From assembly GCA_045538555.1 (NCBI GenBank), contig JAZSRP010000049.1, forward strand, positions 129,476 to 193,475: a DNA stretch of 64,000 nucleotides. The letters run 5' to 3'. Below, in pieces: positions 19,736 to 29,659 of this stretch. The stretch is from Eubacteriales bacterium (GTDB lineage: Bacteria > Bacillota > Clostridia > Oscillospirales > CAG-382). The position numbers were made by a program, and so were the translations under genes. The notes beneath the pieces are model-generated. The model was not told the DNA's origin and ran no database searches. It saw nothing but the letters and a program-made list of their open reading frames with translations. Each line of letters opens with the position of its first letter. Within the stretch, counting starts at the first letter, position 1.

Positions 19736-20458
19736 ATGAGAATTATCGTATGTGAAAATGCAGAGGCCGTTGCAAAAGAGGCGGCAAAAATCTTTGCGGC
19801 TCAGGTTTATATGAAGCCCAACTCCGTTCTCGGACTTGCAACCGGTTCCACTCCCGTTGGTATGTACAAGATTCTTGCCGACATGAACAAGAACGGCGAG
19901 ATCTCTTTCAAGGACTGCAAGAGCTTCAACCTTGATGAGTATTATCCCCTCGCTCCCACCCATGATCAGAGCTACCGTTATTTCATGAACGTCAATTTCT
20001 TTGATCATATCGATATTGACAAAGCAAACACCCGTGTTCCTGACGGCCTTGCAGCAGATCCTGCAGCAATGGGTGCAGAGTATGACGCGGCCATTGACGC
20101 AGCAGGCGGAGTAGACATTCAGGTCCTCGGCATTGGTCAAAACGGCCACATCGCTTTCAACGAGCCCGATGAAAAGCTGGTTGCAGGTACTCACCTCACC
20201 TCTCTTACCGAGAGCACTATCAACGCAAACGCACGTTTCTTTGAGAAAAAAGAGGACGTTCCCACTCAGGCAGTTACAATGGGCATGGCTTCTATCATGA
20301 AAGCCAAGACAATCATCCTTCTCGCTACCGGAAAAGCAAAGCATCAGGCGGTTTCCGAGCTTTTGGATGACAAGATCACTACCCAAAACCCCGCAACCCT
20401 CCTCAAGCTTCACCCCAACACTATTATCATCGCTGACAAAGACGCTTACGAGGGCTGA
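19736..20458 (+). CDS. nagB: Glucosamine-6-phosphate deaminase
   Basis: MRIIVCEN...VLGLATGSTP, NLDEY, GIGQNGHIAFNEP motifs. The track ORF start at 19661 coincides with the promoter. Confidence 0.9.
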   Translation: MRIIVCENAEAVAKEAAKIFAAQVYMKPNSVLGLATGSTPVGMYKILADMNKNGEISFKDCKSFNLDEYYPLAPTHDQSYRYFMNVNFFDHIDIDKANTRVPDGLAADPAAMGAEYDAAIDAAGGVDIQVLGIGQNGHIAFNEPDEKLVAGTHLTSLTESTINANARFFEKKEDVPTQAVTMGMASIMKAKTIILLATGKAKHQAVSELLDDKITTQNPATLLKLHPNTIIIADKDAYEG

Positions 20459-20472
20459 ATATAACAAAAAAG

Positions 20473-20496
20473 AGGCACCGCAAGGTGCCTTTTTTA
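20473..20496 (+). terminator. Terminator after nagB
   Basis: AGGCACC-gcaa-GGTGCCT followed by a T-run. Confidence 0.85.
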
Positions 20497-20513
20497 AGAC
20501 AAGGAGCATTTTT

Positions 20514-21029
20514 ATGGATATATCCATTCTTACAAAAAGACGCAGTATCCGTCAGTACAAGCAAGCACAGATCAGTGACCAAGAACTCAACAGCATTCTT
20601 GAGGCAGGCATCTATGCACCCACAGGGATGAACCGACAGACTCCGTTGGTGGTTGCTGTGCAAAATCCGGAGATCATCAGACAGATGGAGCAGGAAAACG
20701 CAAGAGTTATGGGTACTCCGGACGGCCACCCATTTTACGGTGCGCCCACGGTGGTTGTGGTATTTGCCGACGGTGACGCAAAAACCGGATTTGAGGACGC
20801 ATGCCTTGTGATGGGAAACCTGCTCAACGGAGCATACGCAGTGGGAGTAGGAAGCTGCTGGATCCACAGGGCAAGAGAAGTTTTTGATACAGAACTTGGC
20901 AAGCAGCTAAAAAAAGAATGGGGCATCCCCGATAGCTATTACGGAGTGGGAAATTGTATTCTCGGTTATTGGGAGACAGAACCCGAGGCCCGTCCTCGCA
21001 AGGAAGGTTATTTCAAAATAATAAAATAA
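20514..21029 (+). CDS. Nitroreductase family protein
   Basis: RRSIRQY...APTGMNRQ nitroreductase signature; RBS AAGGAG; 171 aa. Confidence 0.85.
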   Translation: MDISILTKRRSIRQYKQAQISDQELNSILEAGIYAPTGMNRQTPLVVAVQNPEIIRQMEQENARVMGTPDGHPFYGAPTVVVVFADGDAKTGFEDACLVMGNLLNGAYAVGVGSCWIHRAREVFDTELGKQLKKEWGIPDSYYGVGNCILGYWETEPEARPRKEGYFKIIK

Positions 21030-21036
21030 CATCTGA

Positions 21037-21063
21037 AAAAAGACCTTTTATCGGTCTTTTTTG
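21037..21063 (+). terminator. Terminator after nitroreductase
   Basis: AAAAGACC-loop-GGTCTTTT with a T-run. Confidence 0.75.
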
Positions 21064-21135
21064 TTGACAAAAAAAACCAAAAATGGTATAACAGTTGCGT
21101 GCGCAACAGTTGCATACGCAACAAATCTGTTGCAA
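21064..21135 (+). promoter_or_regulatory. Promoter plus tandem palindromic operators upstream of the marR-ABC operon
   Basis: TTGACA (21064-21069), 17 nt, TATAAC (21087-21092) with TGn. Immediately downstream are GTTGCGTGCGCAAC (21094-21107), GTTGCATACGCAAC (21109-21122) and a further GTTGCAA half-site. Confidence 0.55.
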
Positions 21136-21151
21136 AAACGGAAGTGAATTT

Positions 21152-21595
21152 ATGCCAAAGATAATGAAATCCCTCAACAGGATCAGCCGCTGCCAGTCAA
21201 TGTTCCGCAACGAAAGACTCAAAAGGGACAGTATATTGGGCTGTCATCATACCTTTGTTCTGGTGATATGCCGAAACCCGGGCAGCTCTCAGGATGAGCT
21301 GGCACGAGAGCTGTGCATCAACAAGAGCAATGTTACACGCACACTCAATCATCTTGAGGAAAACGGGTATATTGTACGTATTGCCGATGAGGAGGACAAG
21401 CGCAGAATACTTGTCTATCCAACCGAAAAAATGCTTGAGATACTTCCTGCGGTACGCAGCATTGCAAAGGAGTGGAACGAGCTTATCTCAAAAGATATTC
21501 CGGAGGAGGAACTGGCGGTGTTTTACTCGGTGCTTAGCCGTATGGAGATCAGTGCAAAAAATGCAGTAGAAAACGAGGGAGAGAACGTCAAATGA
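21152..21595 (+). CDS. MarR family transcriptional regulator
   Basis: Winged-helix region with SQDELARELCINKSNVTRTLNHLEENGYI..R..D..DKR. The ATG at 21152 lies downstream of the operators. Confidence 0.85.
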   Translation: MPKIMKSLNRISRCQSMFRNERLKRDSILGCHHTFVLVICRNPGSSQDELARELCINKSNVTRTLNHLEENGYIVRIADEEDKRRILVYPTEKMLEILPAVRSIAKEWNELISKDIPEEELAVFYSVLSRMEISAKNAVENEGENVK

Positions 21596-23310
21596 AAATG
21601 GTGTTTGCATTCCTCAAGCCGTTCAGAAAAAGAATGACTCTTGGATTTGTTATCAAGGTCACAGGCACAGTTGCAGAGCTTTTGCTGCCGTTTTTGCTGA
21701 CATATATTCTTGAAAATGTGATCGTCACGCAGGATGTCAACCGGATTTTGATTTTTGGAGCCGTGATGATTTTTTGGGCAGCTGTTGCCTGTGTGGGAAA
21801 CATTGTGGCAAACCGAATGGCGGCAGGGGTCACAACAAGGTTTTCAAAAAAACTCAGAAAAGAACTTTTTACAAAAACCATGTACCTTTCAGCCCGTGAG
21901 ACGGATGGTTTTACGATCCCCTCGCTGGAGTCGCGTATCACAACCGATACGTACAATGTACAAAATTTTGTGGGAATGATGCAAAGAATGGGTGTGCGTG
22001 CTCCCATCCTGCTTGTGGGAGGGATCTCCATCACTCTGCTGATGGATTCGGCATTGGCTTTGGTGATGATCGCTACTCTGCCGTTGATATTTGTTACGGT
22101 GTACAGTATTTCCCGCAAGGGTGTCCCGCTATATTCGGGAGTGCAAAAATCCGTTGACAATATGGTGCGTGTTGTGCGTGAGGACATCCAAGGCATCCGT
22201 GTCATAAAGGCGCTTTCAAAAAACGAATACGAAAATCGCCGTTATGACCGTGTCAATGGAGAGCTTGCCCGCAAGGAACGTTATGCCGGCGTGATAATGG
22301 GCGTAGTCAATCCTGTCATGACCTTGCTGATGAACCTTGGAATCGCAGCAGTTGTGGCAGTAAGCGCATTTCGTGTATCGGACGGAACCTCATCTCCTGC
22401 AACTGTAATCGCGTTTATGCAGTATTTTACATTGATTTCAATGGCAATGATGTCGCTGTCACGCATGTTTGTAATGTACACAAAGTGTGCCGCTTCAGCA
22501 AACAGAATTTCTGAGGTTGTCAATACAGAGGATTCGTTTTTTGTTACAAACCCAAATGATATGGCATCTGACGGCAACCATATTGTGTTTGAAAATGTAA
22601 CTTTCTCGTATTTTGGAAAAAAACCAAATCTAAAAAATATTTCTTTCAGTCTGAAAAAAGGCGGGACTCTCGGAATTATCGGCGCAACGGGAAGCGGCAA
22701 ATCAACTCTTGTAAAATTGCTTTTGCGTTTTTATGAGACAGATGAAGGTTCCATAAGAATTAACGGCAGGGGTATAAAAAGCTTTTCCCGCCAAGAGCTG
22801 TCTTCCATGTTTGGCGTAGCACTTCAAAACGACTTTATATATGCCGATACTATCCGTGAAAATATTTGCTTTGGCAGAGATATCAAGGAATCAGAGGTGC
22901 ACCGTGCCGCACAGATAGCACAGGCAGAGGAATTTATTACTGCTCTGTCGGATGGGTATGACCATATGCTGTCTTCCAAGGGAACCAATCTTTCGGGCGG
23001 ACAGCGGCAGCGAGTTTTGATTGCACGGGCGCTTGCCTCAAGGCCGGAGATACTTATTCTTGACGACGCATCGTCTGCGCTGGATTATAAAACCGATTCA
23101 AACCTTCGCACAGCTTTGAAAAATGAATTGTCTGACTCAACAGTTATCACCGTGGCACAACGTGTCAGCTCGGTGAAGGACTGTGATCTCATCATTGTGC
23201 TGGAGGAGGGTGAGGTTATCGGAATTGGAAAACACGATGAACTGCTGAACACCTGCACACAGTACAAGGAGATCAGCGATTCTCAGATGGGAGGTGCTTT
23301 TGTTGACTGA
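21592..23310 (+). CDS. ABC transporter permease/ATP-binding protein (type I exporter half-transporter)
   Basis: 572 aa with an N-terminal 6-TM domain. Walker A GATGSGKST, signature LSGGQRQR, Walker B ILILDDASSALD. Confidence 0.9.
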   Translation: MKMVFAFLKPFRKRMTLGFVIKVTGTVAELLLPFLLTYILENVIVTQDVNRILIFGAVMIFWAAVACVGNIVANRMAAGVTTRFSKKLRKELFTKTMYLSARETDGFTIPSLESRITTDTYNVQNFVGMMQRMGVRAPILLVGGISITLLMDSALALVMIATLPLIFVTVYSISRKGVPLYSGVQKSVDNMVRVVREDIQGIRVIKALSKNEYENRRYDRVNGELARKERYAGVIMGVVNPVMTLLMNLGIAAVVAVSAFRVSDGTSSPATVIAFMQYFTLISMAMMSLSRMFVMYTKCAASANRISEVVNTEDSFFVTNPNDMASDGNHIVFENVTFSYFGKKPNLKNISFSLKKGGTLGIIGATGSGKSTLVKLLLRFYETDEGSIRINGRGIKSFSRQELSSMFGVALQNDFIYADTIRENICFGRDIKESEVHRAAQIAQAEEFITALSDGYDHMLSSKGTNLSGGQRQRVLIARALASRPEILILDDASSALDYKTDSNLRTALKNELSDSTVITVAQRVSSVKDCDLIIVLEEGEVIGIGKHDELLNTCTQYKEISDSQMGGAFVD

Positions 23311-25108
23311 CGCAAAAAATGCACAAAAAAATGGAAAAAAGCGTGACACAAAAGCAATCATACTCAGATTGGGAAAATACGTATTTCAACAATGGCGCTT
23401 GTTTGTTCCTGCAGTGATCTTTACTCTGTTGGCAAACCAGCTTTCGCTCATGGGCCCCCGATATTCGGGAGCTGCCATTGACGCTATTGAGTTGTCAAGC
23501 GGTGTTGATTATACAACGGTGTGGAAAAACGTGACAGGAATGATAATCTGCTATGCACTTTCGGCATTGCTTTCCTATGTGCTTGCAGTCATAATGGTTC
23601 ATTTAAGCCAGCGTATCATCTATAAGATGAGAAAACAGGTGTTTGAAAAGCTTAACACATTGCCTGTGGGATATTTTGATACTCATACCACAGGAGATAT
23701 TATCAGCCACATATCATATGATATCGATACCATAAACAGCACACTTTCCCACGATCTTGTTCAGGTCATGACCAGTATTTATACCGTGGTGGGATCACTT
23801 GCATTTATGTGGCAGATATCAAAACCGATGATACTCATTTTTGTGTTTACTGTGCCGGTGTCCATATTGTTTACAAGGTTCCGTTCAAAAAAAGTGCGCC
23901 CGCTGTTCCGTGCAAGGTCAAAAAAATATGGTGAGCTCAACGGGTATGCCGAGGAAATGCTTTCGGGCACCCGCAGTATTCAGGCATATGGACGCCAGGA
24001 GGTTATCTCAAATCGCTTCAATGAGCGCAATGAGGATGCCATGAATGCCTATTACAACGCAGAGTATCAGGCGGCATTGCTGTTTCCATCCATCAATATG
24101 ATCAACAACGTGTCAATCTCGTTGGTGGCAATATTTGGCGGTATCCTGTACATGTTCTCCCAAAACGAAACAGTTCTTGCGGGCTCCATGTTTTTTATCA
24201 CCCTGGGCGGAGTGGCACAGTTTGTGCAGTATTCACGCAAATTTGCCGGCCCCATCAACGAGTTTTCAAATATACTTCACGAGTTTCAGTCAGCGTTTTC
24301 TGCGGCAGAGCGTGTGTTTCGTATTCTTGACGAATCTCCCGAACCTCTTGATTCAGAGAATGCGATTGAATTAAAGGATGTAAAAGGCCACGTGGAGATT
24401 GATGACGTTTCGTTTGGATACGTTGAAGATAAACCGATTCTCAAAAACGTTTCCGTAACAGTGAGTCCCGGAAAAACCATTGCTATCGTAGGGCCGACAG
24501 GTGCAGGAAAAACAACGGTGATCAATTTGCTGATGCGGTTTTATGATCCAAATTTCGGTGAGATACGCATTGATGGAATTCCTGCAATGAATATCACCCG
24601 TTCCTCTCTGAGGCGAGCGTTTACCATGGTGCTTCAGGACACGTGGCTGTTTTGCGGAACAATTTTTGACAACATAGTGTACGGCAAAGAAAATGCCACC
24701 ATGGATGAGGTTGTGACAGCGGCAAAAGCCGCAAAAATTCATTCTTATATCGAATCGCTTCCCGATGGGTACAATACAGTGCTGTCTGATGATGGTGTAA
24801 ATATCTCAAAAGGTCAGCGTCAGCTCATCACGATTGCCCGTGCGTTTTTGTCAGATGCTCCCATGCTGATTCTTGATGAAGCAACCTCAAACGTTGACTC
24901 ACGCACCGAGATACAGATCCAGGAGGCAATGACCGAGCTGATGAAAGGCCGAACCTGTTTTGTCATCGCACACCGTTTGTCAACGATCCAAAATGCGGAT
25001 CAGATCCTTGTGATACGTGATGGCAGAATCACGGAGCAGGGCAACCACGATCAGCTTTTGAGGCAGGGCGGTTTTTACAGTACGTTGTACAATTCCCAGT
25101 TTACTTAA
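23294..25108 (+). CDS. ABC transporter permease/ATP-binding protein (partner half-transporter)
   Basis: Walker A GPTGAGKTT, signature ISKGQRQL, Walker B MLILDEATSNVD. The start is uncertain (GTG 23294 or TTG 23300/23303 after GGGAGG). Confidence 0.88.
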   Translation: MLLLTDAKNAQKNGKKRDTKAIILRLGKYVFQQWRLFVPAVIFTLLANQLSLMGPRYSGAAIDAIELSSGVDYTTVWKNVTGMIICYALSALLSYVLAVIMVHLSQRIIYKMRKQVFEKLNTLPVGYFDTHTTGDIISHISYDIDTINSTLSHDLVQVMTSIYTVVGSLAFMWQISKPMILIFVFTVPVSILFTRFRSKKVRPLFRARSKKYGELNGYAEEMLSGTRSIQAYGRQEVISNRFNERNEDAMNAYYNAEYQAALLFPSINMINNVSISLVAIFGGILYMFSQNETVLAGSMFFITLGGVAQFVQYSRKFAGPINEFSNILHEFQSAFSAAERVFRILDESPEPLDSENAIELKDVKGHVEIDDVSFGYVEDKPILKNVSVTVSPGKTIAIVGPTGAGKTTVINLLMRFYDPNFGEIRIDGIPAMNITRSSLRRAFTMVLQDTWLFCGTIFDNIVYGKENATMDEVVTAAKAAKIHSYIESLPDGYNTVLSDDGVNISKGQRQLITIARAFLSDAPMLILDEATSNVDSRTEIQIQEAMTELMKGRTCFVIAHRLSTIQNADQILVIRDGRITEQGNHDQLLRQGGFYSTLYNSQFT

Positions 25109-25123
25109 AAAAACAAAAAAGAA

Positions 25124-25150
25124 AAGGAGCTGAAAAACAGCTCCTTTTTT
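25124..25150. terminator. Bidirectional terminator between the ABC operon and gap
   Basis: AAGGAGCTG-aaaaa-CAGCTCCTT with a flanking A-run and T-run. Confidence 0.85.
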
Positions 25151-25166
25151 GTATGAAAAATATTAC

Positions 25167-26183
25167 TTATGCAAGCTCTGCAAAGTACTTGATGGTGCGA
25201 ACCATCTGGCTGGTGTAGGAGTTTTCGTTGTCGTACCAGGAAACGGTCTGAACCTGATAGGTATCGTCGTCGATCTTGGTAACCATGGTCTGAGTAGCAT
25301 CAAAGAGAGAGCCGTTGGTGATACCGATGATATCGGAAGAAACGAGCTGCTCCTCGGTGTAACCAAAGGAAGCGCTGGAAGCGGCCTTCATAGCAGCGTT
25401 GATGCCCTCTTTGGTAACGTCCTTGCCCTTAACAACAGAAACAAGAATGGTGGTAGAACCGGTGCAGGTGGGAACTCTCTGAGCAGAGCCGATGAGCTTG
25501 CCGTTGAGCTCGGGGATAACAAGACCGATAGCTTTTGCAGCGCCGGTGCTGTTGGGAACGATATTTACAGCAGCAGCTCTTGCTCTTCTGAGGTCACCCT
25601 TTCTGTGGGGGCCGTCAAGAACCATCTGGTCGCCTGTGTAAGCGTGAACGGTGGTCATGATACCGCTCTGGATGGGAGCGTAATCATTGAGCGCCTTTGC
25701 CATGGGAGCGAGGCAGTTGGTGGTGCAGGAAGCTGCAGAGATGATGGTGTCATCAGCGGAGAGAGTGTTCTCATTAACGCCAAATACGATGGTGGGAAGA
25801 TCATTGCCTGCGGGAGCAGAGATAACAACCTTCTTTGCGCCTGCTTTGATGTGAGCAGAAGCGTTTTCTTTGGAGGTGTAGAAGCCGGTGCACTCAAGAA
25901 CAACGTCAACACCGAGCTCGCCCCAAGGAAGGTTCACAGCGTCTTTCTCAGCGTAGATGCGGATCTCTTTTCCTGCAACTTCGATAGCGCCTTCTTTTGC
26001 TACAACCTGAACGCACAGAGCGTATCTGCCCTCTGCAGAGTCATACTTGAGAAGGTGAGCAAGCATTTTGGAATCGGTGAGATCGTTGATAGCAACGATT
26101 TCGTAGCCCTCTGCGCCAAACATCTGTCTGAAAGCGAGACGACCGATACGACCAAAGCCGTTAATTGCAACTTTTACTGACAT
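25167..26183 (-). CDS. gap: Type I glyceraldehyde-3-phosphate dehydrogenase
   Basis: [16 protein letters not shown]-terminus and SCTTNCLAP active site. RBS GGAGG lies before the ATG at 26183; the track start at 26228 is over-extended. Confidence 0.92.
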   Translation of the reverse strand: MSVKVAINGFGRIGRLAFRQMFGAEGYEIVAINDLTDSKMLAHLLKYDSAEGRYALCVQVVAKEGAIEVAGKEIRIYAEKDAVNLPWGELGVDVVLECTGFYTSKENASAHIKAGAKKVVISAPAGNDLPTIVFGVNENTLSADDTIISAASCTTNCLAPMAKALNDYAPIQSGIMTTVHAYTGDQMVLDGPHRKGDLRRARAAAVNIVPNSTGAAKAIGLVIPELNGKLIGSAQRVPTCTGSTTILVSVVKGKDVTKEGINAAMKAASSASFGYTEEQLVSSDIIGITNGSLFDATQTMVTKIDDDTYQVQTVSWYDNENSYTSQMVRTIKYFAELA

Positions 26184-26220
26184 GGTATTTTTCCTCCGAA
26201 AAAATAAATTTTTTATATTC

Positions 26221-26235
26221 CTAACCATAGGTTAG
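26221..26235. promoter_or_regulatory. Perfect palindrome in the gap 5' region (possible operator)
   Basis: CTAACC-ATA-GGTTAG lies ~40 nt upstream of the gap start codon, just downstream of a TGATATAAA -10-like box on the minus strand. Confidence 0.3.
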
Positions 26236-26260
26236 TTTATATCATTTTGGGAAAAATTAC

Positions 26261-26287
26261 AACATCATTTTTTGAAAAAATGATGTT
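26261..26287. terminator. AT-rich perfect palindrome overlapping the radical SAM stop codon
   Basis: AACATCATTTTTT-G-AAAAAATGATGTT. Plausible terminator separating the radical SAM gene from gap. Confidence 0.45.
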
Positions 26288-26948
26288 AATTTGCAGGGGG
26301 GATTTGGTTATTATCGCTAATATAACTACGAATCTTCAGCATTGCACCGCAGTTGGCGGCAATTTCGGCGCATTTTTGCAGCTCCGGTTCCGACAGAGTC
26401 TCTTTCACCACCGAAAAGAAAACCTGAGGGACAACCCCTTTGCATTGCTTTACAAAATCAAGCATTCCGTCAAAAGCATTTTCCCCAAAAACCGAGTGGC
26501 ACAGCGCGTCATATCCGGACCTGTCAGGAGCATTGAGGGATACGGAAACCGTGTCCACAAGCCCTTTGAGGGCAGGGACAACATTTTTTCCTGTGATCAT
26601 GTTTGCCTGCCCGTTGGTGTTGAGACGGATGGGTATGTTGTACAGTTTTTTCAGCTCACCTGCTACTGCCACCAAAACGTCAAACCGACAGGTGGGCTCG
26701 CCGTAACCGCAAAAAACAAATTCCTTGCAATCATCAAAGATGATGTCTTTCACCGCATCAACAACTTCTTTGGCAGAGGGTTCTCTTTCAAGCCATAGTG
26801 GATCGCTGCCATATGCGGTGGAGCCGTTGTTTCGGAGACAAAACTCGCAGCTGTTGGTGCAGCGGTTTGTGATATTGAGATATATTCCGTTGTCTACACG
26901 GTATGCAAAAGTCAACGCTTTTTCAGACGCCAAATAGCTGTTTTGCAT
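26286..26948 (-). CDS. TatD-associated radical SAM protein
   Basis: CTNSCEFC (CxxxCxxC) cluster motif after YLNITNR; ~220 aa; overlaps the 3' end of tatD. Matches my recollection of the TatD-linked rSAM family. The start is ATG 26948 or GTG 26987. Confidence 0.72.
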   Translation of the reverse strand: MQNSYLASEKALTFAYRVDNGIYLNITNRCTNSCEFCLRNNGSTAYGSDPLWLEREPSAKEVVDAVKDIIFDDCKEFVFCGYGEPTCRFDVLVAVAGELKKLYNIPIRLNTNGQANMITGKNVVPALKGLVDTVSVSLNAPDRSGYDALCHSVFGENAFDGMLDFVKQCKGVVPQVFFSVVKETLSEPELQKCAEIAANCGAMLKIRSYISDNNQIPPAN

Positions 26949-27678
26949 TGTGTGCTGTGATCTTTTCCATGTACTCAAAATCAACACCTCTGATTTCTGC
27001 CAGTTTTTCCAGCGTCAACCTCATGTATCCGCTGTCGTTTCGTTTTCCTCTGTGGGGATGGGGTGTGAGGTAGGGACAATCGGTCTCCACAAGAATCCTG
27101 TCATCGGGGACGATGGATGCAACCTCCACGGGGTTTCTTGCGTTTTTAAAGGTGACTGTACCCGAAAAAGAGATATACCACCCGCGGTCAAGCAAAACCT
27201 TTGCTGTTTCAGCACTGCCGGAAAAGGAATGAAAAACACCCCTTACATCGTGCCTGCAAACGCAATCAAGACAATCTCCGACGGACTCCCGCTGATGGAT
27301 AATGACGGGGATATCAAGCTCTTTTGCCATTTCAAGCTGCTTTTCAAAAACAAAAATCTGTTTTTCTCTATTTTCGTTGCCGTAGTGGTAGTCAAGCCCG
27401 ATTTCTCCCAGAGCCACCGCTTTTTTGTGATTCAGGAGAGAGCGCACGGTGTCAAACGTTTCTTCTGTGCAGTTATCTGCCTCGTGGGGATGAATGCCTA
27501 CCGATGCGTATACAAACGAAAACTTTTCCGCAAGCAAGAGCGAGTTTTTTGAGGTCTGTATATCGCATCCAACATTTATGATGTTTGTGACACCATGCTC
27601 GTTGAAAAGCGAGAGAAGCAGTTCCTCGCGTACCTCGTCAAAAGCACTGTCATCATAGTGTGCGTGGGAATCAAACAT
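26923..27678 (-). CDS. TatD family metal-dependent hydrolase
   Basis: MFDSHAHYDD, GEIGLDY, HQRES, VLVETDCPYLTP motifs. Confidence 0.88.
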   Translation of the reverse strand: MFDSHAHYDDSAFDEVREELLLSLFNEHGVTNIINVGCDIQTSKNSLLLAEKFSFVYASVGIHPHEADNCTEETFDTVRSLLNHKKAVALGEIGLDYHYGNENREKQIFVFEKQLEMAKELDIPVIIHQRESVGDCLDCVCRHDVRGVFHSFSGSAETAKVLLDRGWYISFSGTVTFKNARNPVEVASIVPDDRILVETDCPYLTPHPHRGKRNDSGYMRLTLEKLAEIRGVDFEYMEKITAHNAKQLFGV

Positions 27679-27679
27679 T

Positions 27680-29632
27680 TTATCTTACCTTGCTGCCGGG
27701 AGCAACGTTGTCATCTGCAAACAAAACCTTTACACCGTCCGGTGTATCCGCGGCAAGAATCATACCGTTACTTTCGATGCCCCTCAGTTTTGCGGGCTTG
27801 AGGTTGGCAACAAGAACCACCTTTTTGCCGATGAGCTGATCGGGGGTATAATAATTGGCAATTCCGGATACCACTTGACGGACCTCGTCGCCGATATCAA
27901 CCTGAAGCAACAACAGCTTGTCGCTCTTTTCAACCTTTTGGCACTCTTTTACCATACCGACCTTGAGCTGAACCTTTGCAAAATCCTCGATGCCGATCAG
28001 CTCTGCGGGCTTTTCCTCTGCCTTTTCCTTTTGCGCCGCTTTTTTTGCTTCCTTCATCTTTGCCTCGTGCTTTTTGATGAGCTCATCAAGAAATTTTTTC
28101 TCGTCAATCCTTGCAAAAAGCATGGGGATATCACCGATTTCATTGCCCTCGCAACGGTAATCATAGCAAATAGAGGAGTCAAAATCAGCATCGTCACAGA
28201 CACCAAAAACTCCGTTGACCTTTTTGACAGTGGAGGGCATAATGGGTGTGAGAAGGAGAGTGCATATTCTGATGCTGTCCACCAGATTTGACATAACGTC
28301 AGCCAGTTGTGCTCTCTTGGTATCGTCCTTTGCAAGTGCCCAGGGCGTTGTCTCGTCAATGTATTTGTTGCAGGATTTCAGCGCATTGAAAATAGCGGCA
28401 TCTGCATCAGCGATGAGATACTTGTCGTACTTTGAGATCGCTTCCTCAACGTACCCTTTTACGGAATTTTTTAGAGTGACGGCAAACTCGTCGTCGTTTC
28501 CGCTGTTTTTGGGGATAACTCCGCCAAAATATTGCTTGATCATTGCTCCGGTACGGGAAACAAGGTTTCCGTAGGTGTTTGCAAGGTCCGTGTTGGTGCG
28601 CTTGATTAGATTCTCGTATGTGATGGATCCGTCGTTGTAGTATCCCATCTCTGCCAGCAGATAGTGTCTGACGGGATCAAGCCCAAAGTCCTGGATAAGC
28701 TCGTCGCCGTATATAACATTCCCTTTGGATTTGCTCATCTTGTCCTCGCCAAAGAGTAGCCAGGGATGTCCCAGAATCTGCTTGGGCAGAGGAAGTCCCA
28801 GAGACATGAGAATAACAGGCCAGTAGATGGTGTGGAATCTGACAATATCCTTTCCGATAACCTGCAGATCGGCGGGCCAAAGCTTGCCAAACTGCTCGTC
28901 GCTGCCGTCAGGATCATACCCGATAGCGGTGATATAATTGGAGAGCGCGTCGATCCATACATAGATGACGTGTCCCTTGTCAAACTCAACGGGAATACCC
29001 CAGTCAAAGCTGGTGCGGGAAACACAGAGATCCTGCAGCCCGGGTTTGATAAAATTATTCAGCATCTCGTTTTTGCGGGATGCGGGTGTGATGACGTCCT
29101 CGGAGCTTTCAAAAAACTCAATGAGGCGGTCTGTGTATTTTGAGAGCTTGAGAAAATACGCCTCTTCCTTTGCTCTGACGCACTTTCTACCGCAATCGGG
29201 GCAGCAACCGTCAACCAACTGAGTGTCAGTCCAAAAAGACTCACAAGGGGTGCAGTAATTGCCTTCGTACGCACCCTTGTATATGTCGCCATTATCATAG
29301 AGCTTTTTAAATATTTTTTGTACCGCTTTGACGTGAATATCGTCGGTAGTGCGTATAAACCTGTCATAGCTTACGTCAAAATCGTCCCAGATCTGACGGA
29401 TGACACCTGCCACCTCGTCAACGTACTGCTGTGGAGTGATGCCTTTTTTCTCGGCCTCCTGCTGTATCTTTTGACCGTGCTCATCGGTGCCGGTGAGGAA
29501 AAAAACGTCGTATCCCCTCATTCTTTTGTATCTTGCAATGGCATCGGTAAGAACCGCCTCAAAAACGTTGCCGATATGGGGTTTTTTGGAGGTGTATGCA
29601 ATGGCAGTTGTTATATAAAATTTTTCTTTCAT
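27680..29632 (-). CDS. metG: Methionine--tRNA ligase (with C-terminal tRNA-binding domain)
   Basis: PHIGN (HIGH) and KMSKS motifs, a CxxC zinc knuckle, and a C-terminal EMAP/Trbp111-like domain. AAGGAG lies 8 nt before the ATG at 29632; the track start at 29653 is a TTG inside the RBS region. Confidence 0.92.
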   Translation of the reverse strand: MKEKFYITTAIAYTSKKPHIGNVFEAVLTDAIARYKRMRGYDVFFLTGTDEHGQKIQQEAEKKGITPQQYVDEVAGVIRQIWDDFDVSYDRFIRTTDDIHVKAVQKIFKKLYDNGDIYKGAYEGNYCTPCESFWTDTQLVDGCCPDCGRKCVRAKEEAYFLKLSKYTDRLIEFFESSEDVITPASRKNEMLNNFIKPGLQDLCVSRTSFDWGIPVEFDKGHVIYVWIDALSNYITAIGYDPDGSDEQFGKLWPADLQVIGKDIVRFHTIYWPVILMSLGLPLPKQILGHPWLLFGEDKMSKSKGNVIYGDELIQDFGLDPVRHYLLAEMGYYNDGSITYENLIKRTNTDLANTYGNLVSRTGAMIKQYFGGVIPKNSGNDDEFAVTLKNSVKGYVEEAISKYDKYLIADADAAIFNALKSCNKYIDETTPWALAKDDTKRAQLADVMSNLVDSIRICTLLLTPIMPSTVKKVNGVFGVCDDADFDSSICYDYRCEGNEIGDIPMLFARIDEKKFLDELIKKHEAKMKEAKKAAQKEKAEEKPAELIGIEDFAKVQLKVGMVKECQKVEKSDKLLLLQVDIGDEVRQVVSGIANYYTPDQLIGKKVVLVANLKPAKLRGIESNGMILAADTPDGVKVLFADDNVAPGSKVR

Positions 29633-29659
29633 GTCAATTATCTCCTTTTTCAAAAGAAG

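Noticed and set aside
19670-20527. 285-aa minus-strand ORF
   Set aside because: It lies antisense across nagB, which has unmistakable motifs. The ORF has no RBS and a Cys/Val-rich shadow-frame composition.
25149-26180. 343-aa plus-strand ORF
   Set aside because: It is an antisense shadow of gap, with a Gly/Ser/Val-rich low-complexity translation typical of the reverse frame of a highly expressed gene.
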